Shown here: piece by piece, positions 18,497 through 28,752 of the stretch | Position numbering within the stretch: the first letter of the stretch is position 1 | How the letters are laid out: each line of letters begins with the position of its first letter | DNA from: an uncultured Gammaproteobacteria bacterium | Lineage (GTDB): Bacteria; Patescibacteriota; Microgenomatia; Daviesbacterales; UBA10151 | Length of the DNA stretch: 64,000 nucleotides | Direction of reading: 5' to 3' | Assembly: GCA_964392925.1 (NCBI GenBank) | Contig: CAYMRP010000005.1 | Location: 26,093-90,092 of the forward strand | Program-made: the position numbers and the translations under genes | Notes under the pieces: model-generated | What the model saw: the letters and a program-made list of their open reading frames with translations, nothing else | What the model was told of the DNA's origin: nothing | The model's database searches: none

Positions 18497-18810
18497 TGTA
18501 TTAACTCAGCGCCTCCTGTAGCCGCAAGCGGACTTGAACTTGGAATAGAAGCTGGCAAAATAGAGGCAACAGGGGATGCAGAGGCTGTCGGTGCTGAAAT
18601 TGGAATATCAACACCAGTCTCTGAAACCTCAGTTCCTATTATATCTAAAACTCGGGAATTAAAATTCGGATTAACCGGCTCCAATGATGTCTCTAGTTTT
18701 GGGCTGATTGGAATGCTCGCTTTTGTGTTAAAGATAATATCTGAAACCAGCCATACCATTCCCACGAAAAATGTTATTCCAACTATCATTGCAAATTGTT
18801 TACTGTTCAT
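18493..18810 (-). CDS. Small membrane-anchored extracytoplasmic protein in the pilN/pilO cluster (PilP position)
   Basis: N-terminal TM; Ser/Pro/Ala-rich tail. Overlaps both neighbours by 4 nt (operon-like). Confidence 0.35.
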   Translation of the reverse strand: MNSKQFAMIVGITFFVGMVWLVSDIIFNTKASIPISPKLETSLEPVNPNFNSRVLDIIGTEVSETGVDIPISAPTASASPVASILPASIPSSSPLAATGGAELIQ

Positions 18811-18811
18811 A

Positions 18812-19414
18812 CTAGTTTTTCAAATAATAAGCCTTTCCCGAAACGGACATTGATAAATTCGCATCAGAAGGTTGCCCAAAATTTATACTCGTAATTGTGA
18901 TCAATCTATCCGCCCTTTTAATATTACTTAACAACTCCATTAGATTTGAAAAACTTCCTTGTGTATTAAAAACAAAATCAATTTGATTTATTTGCGCTGC
19001 CTTCGTTAATCGAGTGTTTGGATTCTCCAAAATCACTGATTGTATCTGTATGCCGGAGATAGAGGCTTCCGCTGTTCTGGCAGCTGTCGTCAAACTATTT
19101 ATCAGCGAGGGCAAAGCCGGATTATCAGGCACCAAGCCTTCAATCTTATCCTTCACAGGCAGCGGTATATTTTCGTAGTTTCTTTTTCCTTCTACTAAAT
19201 TATTAACCTTTTCTTTTAAAGTGTTCAGTACTGTCGTCTGCTCTTGAATGCTTTTCTGTAAAGAGAGAATCGTAGTTACTGTTGGCCGGATGGCATAATA
19301 CGAAAAAATAGAAATAGTTATCAAACTAAAAATAAGCGAGCTGTATGTTTTTACAAACCTATTTTTGATAACCGGCCGCACATAAGTGTAGTATCTGCTT
19401 TTTCTTGGATTCAT
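18812..19414 (-). CDS. PilO-like type IV pilus assembly protein
   Basis: Single N-terminal TM, coiled-coil segment, then a C-terminal beta-rich domain. Sits immediately after the pilN-like gene. Architecture-based call. Confidence 0.45.
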   Translation of the reverse strand: MNPRKSRYYTYVRPVIKNRFVKTYSSLIFSLITISIFSYYAIRPTVTTILSLQKSIQEQTTVLNTLKEKVNNLVEGKRNYENIPLPVKDKIEGLVPDNPALPSLINSLTTAARTAEASISGIQIQSVILENPNTRLTKAAQINQIDFVFNTQGSFSNLMELLSNIKRADRLITITSINFGQPSDANLSMSVSGKAYYLKN

Positions 19415-19416
19415 TT

Positions 19417-19992
19417 TTAAGTTTTATTCTTAGTACCAGTTACAGTAAATACAATTTGATTCTGTTCAAACGCAATACTGGCTAAGTTTATTTCTCTGAA
19501 ATTTTCCATTTTTCTCAAATTATTCAAAAATATTCCCAAATCAGAATTTGAGCTGGTTGTCGCTCCAATCCTAAAAGCCACACTTGTCTCATCTTTCTCC
19601 TCCAGCGCCAAGCCTGTAAAAACAATCGATTGTGGAATTTGGCCTGACAATTCAATAATTGTTTCCTGCCACTTATCAGAATTTAAGTAAGTCTTATCGA
19701 TGAGTCCCAGCTTTGTTTGAGTTTGTTTAATTAACGCTTCGTCAGGCTCAAGTCCTTCAACATAAGGCAAATCCTGATTAATCTTGGTCTTTAAAGTATC
19801 AAGATCAGCATCTAACTTAAATCGTGCTAGGAATGCCCCCACCACAATAATTTCAACCAGAATAACAATGAATCTTCCATAAGTTATCAGCCATTTAAGG
19901 AATCTTTCCGGCAGCTTAAGCGGAGCCTCTTTAGGGTGCAGTAGATTTAAGCTGATACGCAGCTTCGAAGACTGTTGGGCAGAATCGGCCAT
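19417..19992 (-). CDS. PilN-like type IV pilus assembly protein
   Basis: N-terminus RISLNLLHPKE matches the PilN INLLP motif. Single TM, then a coiled coil. Confidence 0.5.
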   Translation of the reverse strand: MADSAQQSSKLRISLNLLHPKEAPLKLPERFLKWLITYGRFIVILVEIIVVGAFLARFKLDADLDTLKTKINQDLPYVEGLEPDEALIKQTQTKLGLIDKTYLNSDKWQETIIELSGQIPQSIVFTGLALEEKDETSVAFRIGATTSSNSDLGIFLNNLRKMENFREINLASIAFEQNQIVFTVTGTKNKT

Positions 19993-20136
19993 TAATACTA
20001 TTTTAGTTCACTCAGAGCAAAAATTTAACTACCAAACATCTCATTAAAATATCACTCTTGTAACAGTGTAGTATTCGCAGACAACCGGAAGTTTTGAGCT
20101 TATTTGTTTAAAACCAGGGGAGAAAATTAAAACAGA

Positions 20137-20400
20137 CTATTTCTTAGCAGTAGACGCAGCTGCAGGTTTAGCCAAAGTTTTTGCCAATCTGCTTTTGAGT
20201 CTGTTAGCTTTGTTCTTATGTATCAAGTTTGTTTTAACTGCTTTATCAAGTTTTGAAAAAGCTGCAGTCAAATTAGGAGCGCTTGGAGTTTTACGCATAG
20301 TTTTGACTAACTTTTTAAGAGCAATCTTTTTATCTTTATTCTGTAAAGTGCGCTTTCTGTCATGGCGCATCTTTTTGCGTGCTTGTTTAAGTAACGGCAT
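20137..20400 (-). CDS. rpsT: 30S ribosomal protein S20
   Basis: ARKKMRHDRKRTLQNK..LIHKNKANRLKSRLAK; 87 aa, basic. Confidence 0.85.
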   Translation of the reverse strand: MPLLKQARKKMRHDRKRTLQNKDKKIALKKLVKTMRKTPSAPNLTAAFSKLDKAVKTNLIHKNKANRLKSRLAKTLAKPAAASTAKK

Positions 20401-20458
20401 GTGGGGAATAGTACCATAGTTTGAGGCTGTGAAGCAACAGTTATACAGACCCCTTAAA

Positions 20459-20490
20459 ACTTTTGGTACCTGTGATACTTTTGGTACCTG
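20459..20490. repeat. Two copies of the 14-bp direct repeat ACTTTTGGTACCTG (18-bp period) just upstream of murJ; possible regulator binding site
   Basis: Copies at 20459-20472 and 20477-20490. Each contains the GGTACC palindrome. Confidence 0.4.
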
Positions 20491-20507
20491 AATTATTATG
20501 TAAAGTA

Positions 20508-22145
20508 ATGGTTAAGTCCTTTCTAAATTTATTGGCTACAAGACAAAGTTCCATTCTTTCCGGCGCGACCGTACTCATGATTGCTGTTTTTGCCTCCCGT
20601 TTCCTTGGATTGATCCGCGACCGGCTATTGGTCCAGAATTTTAATACCTCAGAAGCCGCTATCTTTTTTGCTGCTTTTCGTCTGCCTGATTTGCTATTTC
20701 AAATACTAGTATTCGGTTCTTTATCTGTCGCTTTCATTCCGGTTTTTGCTGAAACTCTCCATAAGAAAGGGGACGAAGAGGCCTTTAAATTTGCATCCAG
20801 CATCCTCAATCTCTCACTCCTTCTTTTTGGTGTAGTTGTTACGCTCTCTATCATCTTCGTTGCCCCCCTAAACTCTCTTTTTGTTCCTGGTTTTCAGGGA
20901 GAGCAAAAAATTCTGACAGACCAGATAACTCAAATTATCTTAATCGCCCAAGTTATATTAGTTGTCGGCACTTTCTTTTTTGGGATTGCCCATACTTATC
21001 AAAGATTCATCATTCCCGCACTTGCTCCAATTTTCTATAACCTTGGAATAATTTTTGGCATTGTATTTTTGACAAAGTTCTTTGGCATGCAGGGTCTTGG
21101 GCTCGGTGTTGTCCTCGGAGCGTTTCTTCATGTTGTCGTCCAAATACCTTTAATAAAATCTCTTGGCTTCCAGTATAAATTCACTTTTGATTTTTTTAAC
21201 TCAGGAGTCAAAGATGTTTTTAAATTAATGAGCATTCGCAATATCGGTTTAATCGCCGAACAAATAAATGAAACTGTCGGCATAGCTCTGGCTTCAATTT
21301 TATCCTATTCCTCAGTTACTCTTCTAACTTTTGGTCAGCATCTATTTGCTGTCCCAATCGGTTTATTTGGAGCCACAATTGCTCAGGCCGCTTTACCGGT
21401 TCTCTCGAAAGAATATGCCCGAAACGAAATTGAATCTTTCAAAATCACCCTCCTAACTACAATGCATCAGATACTTTTTCTGACACTCCCTGCAGCCGCG
21501 ATCTTAATAGTTCTGCGAATCCCGGTTGTTCGTTTAGTCTTTGGAGCCGATCAATTCTCATGGGACGACACAGTTTTAACCGGCAGAACCGTCGCCCTTT
21601 TTGCCCTTGGTCTGGCTGCTCAATCAATTGTCCTTCTTCTAGTCCGCGCCTTTTATGCTATGAAGAACACTAAAATCCCCGTTGTTGCTTCTCTTATTAC
21701 AGTCACTGTTAATATTATGCTAAGCAGCTTATTTGTTTTGTATATGAAGCTTGAGGTCTGGAGTATCGGTTTGGCTTACTCAGTATCTGCAATAGTTAAC
21801 GCTATTTTTCTAATATATTTCTTAAATAGAAAGATACCAGGCTTCAATAATACCAACCTAACTATCCCAATCCTTAAGATGTTAACAGCCGCTTCCGCCG
21901 CCGCTTTTGCACTATACATTCCTATGAAATCCTTAGATCAGCTGGTTTTTGATACTACCAAAACTATTAATCTGATATTCCTGACCGGAATTGCCTCAGT
22001 AGTTGGTATATCAATTTATCTACTTCTTGTCTGGCTTCTGGACGTAAAAGAACTAACAACATTCATTAACTTATTTAAAAAGTTCACCAAGATCAAATTT
22101 TCCCCCGACACCCAGGAAATGGCTGAAGATACTCGAAAAATGTAG
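20508..22145 (+). CDS. murJ: Lipid II flippase MurJ (MviN)
   Basis: SRFLGLIRDRLLVQNFNTSEAAIFFAAFRLPDLLFQILVFGSLSVAFIPVF is the MurJ N-terminal signature; about 14 TM. The ORF-track start at 20463 is a TTG; ATG 20508 (MVKSFLNLL) is preferred. Confidence 0.85.
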   Translation: MVKSFLNLLATRQSSILSGATVLMIAVFASRFLGLIRDRLLVQNFNTSEAAIFFAAFRLPDLLFQILVFGSLSVAFIPVFAETLHKKGDEEAFKFASSILNLSLLLFGVVVTLSIIFVAPLNSLFVPGFQGEQKILTDQITQIILIAQVILVVGTFFFGIAHTYQRFIIPALAPIFYNLGIIFGIVFLTKFFGMQGLGLGVVLGAFLHVVVQIPLIKSLGFQYKFTFDFFNSGVKDVFKLMSIRNIGLIAEQINETVGIALASILSYSSVTLLTFGQHLFAVPIGLFGATIAQAALPVLSKEYARNEIESFKITLLTTMHQILFLTLPAAAILIVLRIPVVRLVFGADQFSWDDTVLTGRTVALFALGLAAQSIVLLLVRAFYAMKNTKIPVVASLITVTVNIMLSSLFVLYMKLEVWSIGLAYSVSAIVNAIFLIYFLNRKIPGFNNTNLTIPILKMLTAASAAAFALYIPMKSLDQLVFDTTKTINLIFLTGIASVVGISIYLLLVWLLDVKELTTFINLFKKFTKIKFSPDTQEMAEDTRKM

Positions 22146-22195
22146 CCTGCAAATAAAATTTCAGAAATCAAAGCGCATAAGTTACAATACACTCC

Positions 22196-23953
22196 ATGAA
22201 TATTCGCAATTTTTCTATTATCGCTCACGTCGATCACGGCAAGTCGACCCTGGCAGATCGATTAATTGAAATCACCGGCACCGTTGCCAAAGATAAAATG
22301 CAGGCCCAGCTTCTGGATTCTCTGGCTCTCGAACGCGAGAGGGGAATCACTATCAAGCTCGCCCCTGTCCGTTTGCAATATACATTGAACGGCGAACCCT
22401 ACACGCTGAACCTAATCGATACTCCCGGCCATGTAGACTTTTCTTATGAAGTTTCCAGAGCTCTTGCAGCAGTTGAAGGTGCCGTCATCTTAGTCGATGC
22501 CACTCAGGGAATTCAGGCTCAAACTCTCTCACACGGTTTAGCCGCTCTTGAACAAAACCTAACCCTAATCCCAGTTTTAAACAAAGTCGACTTGCCTAAC
22601 GCTGATGTTGAAAAATATAAAAAACAGTTAGTCGACACCTTCGGTTTTCTCGAGTCAGAAATAATTATGGCCTCAGGTAAAGCTGGTATTGGTATCGAAG
22701 AAATACTAAAAGCCGTCATCGACAGAATCCCTGCACCTAAGCAGGAAGTAGAGAAACCTCTTAAAGCTTTAATTTTTGATTCCTACTTCGATGCCTATAA
22801 AGGTGTTGTCGCCCAGGTCCGAATTGTCGAAGGCCGGGTTCCTGCTCTTCAATCCAAAATCGTTTTTCTTGGAACTAAATCTGAAGGCCAAGTTTTAGAA
22901 AAAGGTTATTTCGCGCCTCAACTAAAAGAGGTCGAAACCTTAGAAGCAGGCGAGATTGGTTATATAGCAACTGGTATAAAAGTTTCAGACACAGTTAGGG
23001 TTGGAGATACTATTTCAACTTCATTCGAGCAATCCCAAGTACCAGGCTATAAAGAGGTCAAACCAATGGTTTATGTTGGCCTTTATCCGATCGACTCTTC
23101 CGAATACTTTGATTTAAAAGAAGCTCTTTCTAAATTCAAATTAAATGATCCCGCCTTCTCTTACGAGATGGAGCAGTCGGCAGCCTTGGGTTCCGGATTT
23201 CGCTGTGGCTTCTTAGGTCTGCTTCACGCTGAGGTTGTCCAGGAGCGCCTTTCAGGAGAATTCAATGTCGACCTTTTAGCAACCGCCCCTTCGGTTGAAT
23301 ATTTAGTCAACGGCCAAATAGTTCACAATCCAGCTGATTTAGATCTATCTCAAATGAAAACCATTGATGAGCCTTGGATAAAACTGCAAATGTTTTGCCC
23401 TCAGGAATATATCGGAAAAGTCATGGAATTAGTCCAGGAAAAACGCGGCAAATTTATTAATATGATCCATTACGGTATGCAGGCCGAACTTATTTATGAA
23501 ATGCCTTTAGCCGACATGATCACCGATTTTTACGACAAACTAAAATCCGTCTCCTCAGGTTTTGCCTCACTCGATTGGGAATTTATGGATTTTCGTCCTG
23601 TTGAAGCTGCTAAAGTAGATATCCTGGTTGGCGGCGAAAAAGTCGATGCTTTAGCCTTCGTCACTGTTCGCTCTAAAGCCGAATCCGCCGGCCGACGATT
23701 AATCTCAAAGCTGAAGGATGTCCTCCCAAGACAAAATTTCGCCATCGCTCTCCAGGCCACAATCGGCGGCAATGTCATTGCCAGAGAAACAATATCGCCA
23801 TTCAGAAAAGATGTTACCGCCGGTCTTTATGGTGGAGACAGAACCAGAAAAGACAAGTTGCTGGATAAACAGAAAAAAGGTAAAGCCAAAATGAAAATGG
23901 TCGGCCGCGTCGAAATCCCCCAAGAAGCATTTCTGAGTATTTTAAAAAGTTAA
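22196..23953 (+). CDS. lepA: Elongation factor 4 (LepA)
   Basis: MNIRNFSIIAHVDHGKSTLADRL.., DTPGHVDF, NKVDL G-motifs, and the LepA C-terminal domain. Confidence 0.95.
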   Translation: MNIRNFSIIAHVDHGKSTLADRLIEITGTVAKDKMQAQLLDSLALERERGITIKLAPVRLQYTLNGEPYTLNLIDTPGHVDFSYEVSRALAAVEGAVILVDATQGIQAQTLSHGLAALEQNLTLIPVLNKVDLPNADVEKYKKQLVDTFGFLESEIIMASGKAGIGIEEILKAVIDRIPAPKQEVEKPLKALIFDSYFDAYKGVVAQVRIVEGRVPALQSKIVFLGTKSEGQVLEKGYFAPQLKEVETLEAGEIGYIATGIKVSDTVRVGDTISTSFEQSQVPGYKEVKPMVYVGLYPIDSSEYFDLKEALSKFKLNDPAFSYEMEQSAALGSGFRCGFLGLLHAEVVQERLSGEFNVDLLATAPSVEYLVNGQIVHNPADLDLSQMKTIDEPWIKLQMFCPQEYIGKVMELVQEKRGKFINMIHYGMQAELIYEMPLADMITDFYDKLKSVSSGFASLDWEFMDFRPVEAAKVDILVGGEKVDALAFVTVRSKAESAGRRLISKLKDVLPRQNFAIALQATIGGNVIARETISPFRKDVTAGLYGGDRTRKDKLLDKQKKGKAKMKMVGRVEIPQEAFLSILKS

Positions 23954-24020
23954 GGTTTATAGACCAAATGATTTAAGCATAAAAAAAGGTGGAGAAGTCT
24001 TCAGACAATCAGCTAAATCA

Positions 24021-25274
24021 TCATGTAATAGCTGAATATTCAATACTCTCGAGCTTTGTAAAAGTAAAATAAAGGTAAGTTGCAAACAGAAAAACAACAG
24101 CTGCGCCAATTGCTATCGCCGGTCTTGATCCAATTTGCTCTGCCACCCATCCAACCTGAAAGTTACCCACAAATAACATCCCCTGATGGCATGTTACAAA
24201 AATACTCATCACTCTTCCCCGGAGGTGATTCTCTACATTATTCTGAATTATCGACTGCATTAAAGCCATCTGCGCCGCAATTCCAGCCCCAGCCATAAAC
24301 ATTAGCATCAGCGCTAAAGTAAAATTTGTCGTTAACGTAAAACTAAATAAAGCCACAGTAAAAATAAAACTCCCACCAAGCAGCAATCTTCGAACCGAAT
24401 AGCGGTTATTAAACGCCGAAATAAACACCGTCCCCAAAACTGCCCCTGTTCCAAAACAGGAATAGAATAATCCTAAACCAAACGAATCCTGATGAAAAAC
24501 CCTATCTGCCACAACCGGCAGCATTGAAACATAGCTCCAGCCAAACACCGAGGTAAAAATCGTAAACAGCATAATATTTTTAATAATTGGGTGACGATAT
24601 GTGTACTTAAGTCCCTGCTTTATGGCCAAAAGAGGATGCTGAGTTGATTTAACTACCGGAGGCAAATTTAATTTCATCGACCTGACAGCAATAATCGGCC
24701 CTAAAAATGTTAGCCCGTTAAGGATAAATGTTATACCAGTTCCTAGTCGGGCAATTAAAATACCTGCCAAAGCCGGTCCAAAAACTCTGGCGCTATTAAA
24801 AGATCCCACATTAAGAGCAATAGCCGAAGGTAAATGTTCACGTCCTACCATCTCAATAGTCAAAGCTTGTCTGGCGGGATTATCAATTGCCTGAACCAAC
24901 CCTAATAGAAACGCAAAAACTGCCACCCCCCAAACATTAATATGTCCCGTTATGGTCAGTACTCCTAAGGTTAAAGCTAAAACCAGAGAAGAAGCTTGCG
25001 TATAAATAATTAATTTCTGTTTATCAAAACGGTCAACAATTAGTCCTCCAAAAATACCAAAAAATAAAATCGGCATATGATTAAGTGCTGAAACTAGACC
25101 GACCATAAAAGGGGAGTTCGTTAATTGAAATACCAGCCATCCTTGGGCCACAGTCTGCATCCACGATCCCGATAGCGAGACTAACTGGCCTTGGAAGTAA
25201 TATCTATAGTTCTCGTGTTTTAATGCTGGAAATATCCGGCCGGCTTTTCTCCTGAGTTGCTTAATGCTTATCAT
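24021..25274 (-). CDS. MFS transporter (12 TM; EntS/macrolide-efflux-like subfamily)
   Basis: 12 predicted TM helices; MFS-type loops (GGLIVDRFDKQK). Confidence 0.7.
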   Translation of the reverse strand: MISIKQLRRKAGRIFPALKHENYRYYFQGQLVSLSGSWMQTVAQGWLVFQLTNSPFMVGLVSALNHMPILFFGIFGGLIVDRFDKQKLIIYTQASSLVLALTLGVLTITGHINVWGVAVFAFLLGLVQAIDNPARQALTIEMVGREHLPSAIALNVGSFNSARVFGPALAGILIARLGTGITFILNGLTFLGPIIAVRSMKLNLPPVVKSTQHPLLAIKQGLKYTYRHPIIKNIMLFTIFTSVFGWSYVSMLPVVADRVFHQDSFGLGLFYSCFGTGAVLGTVFISAFNNRYSVRRLLLGGSFIFTVALFSFTLTTNFTLALMLMFMAGAGIAAQMALMQSIIQNNVENHLRGRVMSIFVTCHQGMLFVGNFQVGWVAEQIGSRPAIAIGAAVVFLFATYLYFTFTKLESIEYSAIT

Positions 25275-25422
25275 AAATTTGATCTATCTGCCCAAAAGTC
25301 CTGTCCCCGAAGATTATAAAAATTTGAAGGTTAAACTTAAAAGCGGGCTTACTACCTACTCATTTTCGAACAAACACTCTCAAGTTTCAAGTCTATATCA
25401 GAAAGCAATATAAGCAACCCTC

Positions 25423-25450
25423 TTGACAGTATATTAGCACTCGTTATATA
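25423..25450 (+). promoter_or_regulatory. Candidate sigma-A promoter of the hrcA operon (TTGACA-N16-TATATA)
   Basis: TTGACA at 25423-25428 and TATATA at 25445-25450. Overlaps the CIRCE element. Confidence 0.4.
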
Positions 25451-25460
25451 CTACTGCTAA
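25434..25460 (+). promoter_or_regulatory. CIRCE-like inverted repeat (HrcA operator): TTAGCACTC-N9-TACTGCTAA
   Basis: Left half is a perfect consensus TTAGCACTC, spacer is 9 nt, right half matches 7/9 of GAGTGCTAA. Lies 12 nt upstream of the hrcA start. Confidence 0.6.
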
Positions 25461-25471
25461 GCCTTAAGGAT

Positions 25472-26197
25472 ATGAATCTATCGGATAGACAGAAAGAATT
25501 GCTCAAAGCAATTGTTGAATTGCACGTTAAAAACGGAGAGTCCGTAGGTTCGGAGACCATTGAAAAGGAGTTTAATCTGGGGGTTTCCCCCGCCACCATT
25601 CGTAACGAAATGGTTAAGCTGACTGATATGGGCTTTTTAAAACAGCCCCATACCTCAGCCGGCCGGGTTCCAACATCAATGGGTTACCGGGTTTATATCC
25701 AGGACTTAATGAAAGAAAAGGAATTGCCCGTTGCCGCCGAAGTCCAAATGAAACAGGATCTTTGGCAAAAGAGGCACACCAGTAATCTTTTAGTCAAGGA
25801 GGCCGTCAGAAGCCTTTCGCAAAAGCTAAAAATGCTGGCCCTCGCAGTCAACGAGGATGATGAAGTTCTTTTCGCCGGAGCCTATCATATTCTGGATTTT
25901 CCGGAATTTGAAGACATCGACGTTACTCGGTTTGTTTTATCATTATTTGATGAAAACCCGAGATTAAAAGAGATCATCGGCAGAGCCCTAGGTCCCGATC
26001 CTTTACATGTCCTGTTTGGAGATGAATTGGGGATGGAGTATCTTGATCCGACAAGTTTTGTCTTTTGCAAATTCGAAGGAGCAGGCAAAGGCGGAATAAT
26101 CGGAGTTATCGGCCCGGCTAGGATGAACTTTCCAGTCATTTTGCCTTATGTCCGGTACACAAGCAACCTAATTGACCAGGCAATTAAGTCTTATTAA
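25472..26197 (+). CDS. hrcA: Heat-inducible transcription repressor HrcA (short form)
   Basis: N-terminal winged helix MNLSDRQKELLKAIVELHVKNGESVGSETI..PATIRNEMVKLTDMGFLKQPHTSAGRVPT. Operon context with grpE-dnaK-dnaJ. Confidence 0.85.
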   Translation: MNLSDRQKELLKAIVELHVKNGESVGSETIEKEFNLGVSPATIRNEMVKLTDMGFLKQPHTSAGRVPTSMGYRVYIQDLMKEKELPVAAEVQMKQDLWQKRHTSNLLVKEAVRSLSQKLKMLALAVNEDDEVLFAGAYHILDFPEFEDIDVTRFVLSLFDENPRLKEIIGRALGPDPLHVLFGDELGMEYLDPTSFVFCKFEGAGKGGIIGVIGPARMNFPVILPYVRYTSNLIDQAIKSY

Positions 26198-26206
26198 TTT
26201 AACAAA

Positions 26207-26740
26207 ATGGCAAAGAAACAAGACGACAGTCAAATAAAAGAGGAAGAAAAAAATGAAGCAGTCACAGAAGTGAGTGTTGAAGAATTTGAAGCAGTGCAGA
26301 CGGAGCTTCAAGCTCTTAAACAAAATTTTGAAACAGTTGATTCTCAATTCAAAAGAGCATTAGCTGATTATCAGAATTTAGAAAAAAGGATTGCTGATGG
26401 CAGATCTGAAATGAATAGTTGGGCAGTCACTGACTTACTAACTAGGATCGCCGGCGTAATGCATTATTTTGACCAGGCCTTTAAAGGCGTAACGGATGAC
26501 GAGCAGAAGTCCGGCTGGTTTAAAGGCGTGCAAATGGCAACCTTACAGCTTCGTCAGGTTTTAAAAGACCAAGGCTTGGAAGAGATTGAAACAGACGGTC
26601 AATTTGATCCAAGCCTCCACGAAGCTGTAGACACAAAAGATGGGGAAGATGGTAAAATATTGGAAGTTATTGAAAAAGGCTATAAACTAAATGGTAAAAT
26701 ATTAAAACCAGCAAGAGTTATAGTCGGAAAGAAAGAGTAA
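26207..26740 (+). CDS. grpE: Nucleotide exchange factor GrpE
   Basis: Coiled-coil N-terminus and C-terminal beta domain ([18 protein letters not shown]); position between hrcA and dnaK. Confidence 0.8.
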   Translation: MAKKQDDSQIKEEEKNEAVTEVSVEEFEAVQTELQALKQNFETVDSQFKRALADYQNLEKRIADGRSEMNSWAVTDLLTRIAGVMHYFDQAFKGVTDDEQKSGWFKGVQMATLQLRQVLKDQGLEEIETDGQFDPSLHEAVDTKDGEDGKILEVIEKGYKLNGKILKPARVIVGKKE

Positions 26741-26744
26741 AAAT

Positions 26745-28685
26745 ATGGCAAAAATTATTGGAATTGATTTAGGCACAACAAATAGCTGTATCGCAGTAAT
26801 GGAGGGTGGTAAGCCCAAAGTTATTCATAGTGCAGAAGGCGCAAACACTATTCCTTCTGTAGTTAACCCGCTTAAAAATGTTGTCGGAACTCCCGCAAAA
26901 CGTCAGGCGATTGTTAATCCTAAAGAAACTATCTTCTCTGTAAAGCGTTTAATGGGGCGAAAATTCGACGACCCAGAAGTTCAAAGAGATATTAAATGGC
27001 TTCCATACAACGTCAAAGCCGGCAAAAACGGCATGGCTGTGGTTGAAATTAGCGGCAAAGAATACACTCCACAAGAAATTTCAGCCATGATTTTAGGCAA
27101 AATTAAAGCCGATGCTGAATCTTATTTGGGCGAAAAGGTCACTGATGCCGTTATCACAGTTCCGGCCTATTTCGATGATTCTCAACGTCAAGCCACTAAA
27201 CAAGCCGGAGAAATCGCTGGACTAAATGTTCAAAGAATTATTAACGAACCAACCGCCGCAGCCTTAGCCTATGGTCTGGATAAGCAAAACGCTCATACCA
27301 TCGCAGTTTATGATTTAGGTGGAGGTACTTTTGATATTTCAGTTCTCGAACTCGGTGATGGTGTCTTTGAAGTCAAATCCACCAACGGAGACACTCATTT
27401 AGGCGGCGATGATTTTGACCAAAAAATAATCGACTTCTTAGCTGATGAATTCCAGAAAACCGAAGGTATTGATCTTAAAAAAGATAAACAGGCGCTCCAA
27501 AGACTAAAAGATGCCGCTGAAAAAGCTAAAATTGAACTCTCCTCATCTCAGGAAACCGATATTTCTATTCCTTTTGTTACCGCCGGCGCAGATGGTCCAA
27601 AGCACCTTGACGTTAAAATGTCTAGAGCTAAACTTGAATCAATTGTTCAGGAGTTAATTGATAAAACTTTTGACGCTGTCAGCAATGCGCTTAAAGATGC
27701 CAAACTTGATCCTAAAGGTATTGGTGAAGTGGTTTTAGTTGGAGGCATGACCAGAATGCCTGCAGTCCAAGCTTCAGTCGAAAAATTCTTCGGCAAAGAG
27801 CCTCATCGTGGTATTAATCCTGATGAAGTTGTAGCAATAGGTGCAGCCATTCAAGGAGGAGTCTTAGGTGGAGAGGTCAAAGATGTCCTTCTTCTGGACG
27901 TTACTCCATTAACACTAGGTATTGAAACTCTTGGTTCTGTTTCAACACCATTAATCCCTAGAAACACAACAATTCCAAGCTCAAAATCTGAGACTTTCTC
28001 TACAGCAGCAGATAATCAAACCTCAGTTGAAATCAATGTTCTTCAGGGTGAACGCCCTATGGCCGCCGACAATAAATCTCTTGGCCGCTTTATATTGGAC
28101 GGAATTCCACCTTCACCTAGGGGGGTTCCACAAGTCGAGGTTACTTTCGATATCGACGCTAACGGAATCTTAAACGTTTCCGCCAAAGATAAAGCCTCTG
28201 GCAAAGAACAAAAAATTACAATCACCGGCTCAACTGGTTTAGATAAAGACGAAGTTGAAAAGATGACTAAAGAAGCGGAAGCTAATGCTGAAGCAGATAA
28301 AGCTAAAAAAGACGAAATAGAAGCCAGAAATCACGCTGACACTCTAGTCTATACCGCTGAAAAATCATTAAAAGATGCTGGAGACAAAGTCCCTGCCGAT
28401 GTCAAAACCGAAGTTGAAGAAAAAATCCAGGCTGTTAAAGATGCTAAAGATGCCTCGCTGGAAGATTTAAAAACTAAAGCTGATGCCCTTTCTGAGAGCT
28501 TACAAAAAGTTGGTGCAGCTATGTATAAAGATCAGGCATCATCAGCTAATGCTTCTGGTTCAGAGCCAGCTCAGGGCGACTCCGAAGCTCAGGCTTCTGA
28601 TGAATCAGCGGGTTCAGAAGAGTCAGCAAAACCAGCTGAAGGTGAAACAGTTGAGGGTGAAGTCGTCGAAGAGAAGAAAGATTAA
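26745..28685 (+). CDS. dnaK: Molecular chaperone DnaK (Hsp70)
   Basis: [29 protein letters not shown] signatures; 646 aa. Confidence 0.97.
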   Translation: MAKIIGIDLGTTNSCIAVMEGGKPKVIHSAEGANTIPSVVNPLKNVVGTPAKRQAIVNPKETIFSVKRLMGRKFDDPEVQRDIKWLPYNVKAGKNGMAVVEISGKEYTPQEISAMILGKIKADAESYLGEKVTDAVITVPAYFDDSQRQATKQAGEIAGLNVQRIINEPTAAALAYGLDKQNAHTIAVYDLGGGTFDISVLELGDGVFEVKSTNGDTHLGGDDFDQKIIDFLADEFQKTEGIDLKKDKQALQRLKDAAEKAKIELSSSQETDISIPFVTAGADGPKHLDVKMSRAKLESIVQELIDKTFDAVSNALKDAKLDPKGIGEVVLVGGMTRMPAVQASVEKFFGKEPHRGINPDEVVAIGAAIQGGVLGGEVKDVLLLDVTPLTLGIETLGSVSTPLIPRNTTIPSSKSETFSTAADNQTSVEINVLQGERPMAADNKSLGRFILDGIPPSPRGVPQVEVTFDIDANGILNVSAKDKASGKEQKITITGSTGLDKDEVEKMTKEAEANAEADKAKKDEIEARNHADTLVYTAEKSLKDAGDKVPADVKTEVEEKIQAVKDAKDASLEDLKTKADALSESLQKVGAAMYKDQASSANASGSEPAQGDSEAQASDESAGSEESAKPAEGETVEGEVVEEKKD

Positions 28686-28714
28686 AGTAAATTCTAACTA
28701 GTTGTTAGGGTAAC

Positions 28715-28738
28715 GCCTCGGATAACCGGGGCTTTTTT
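28715..28738 (+). terminator. Intrinsic terminator/attenuator hairpin between dnaK and dnaJ (GCCTCGG-ATAA-CCGGGGC + TTTTTT)
   Basis: 7-bp stem (one G-U pair), 4-nt loop, 6-T run, located 30 nt after the dnaK stop. Confidence 0.45.
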
Positions 28739-28752
28739 GTATAATACACAAC

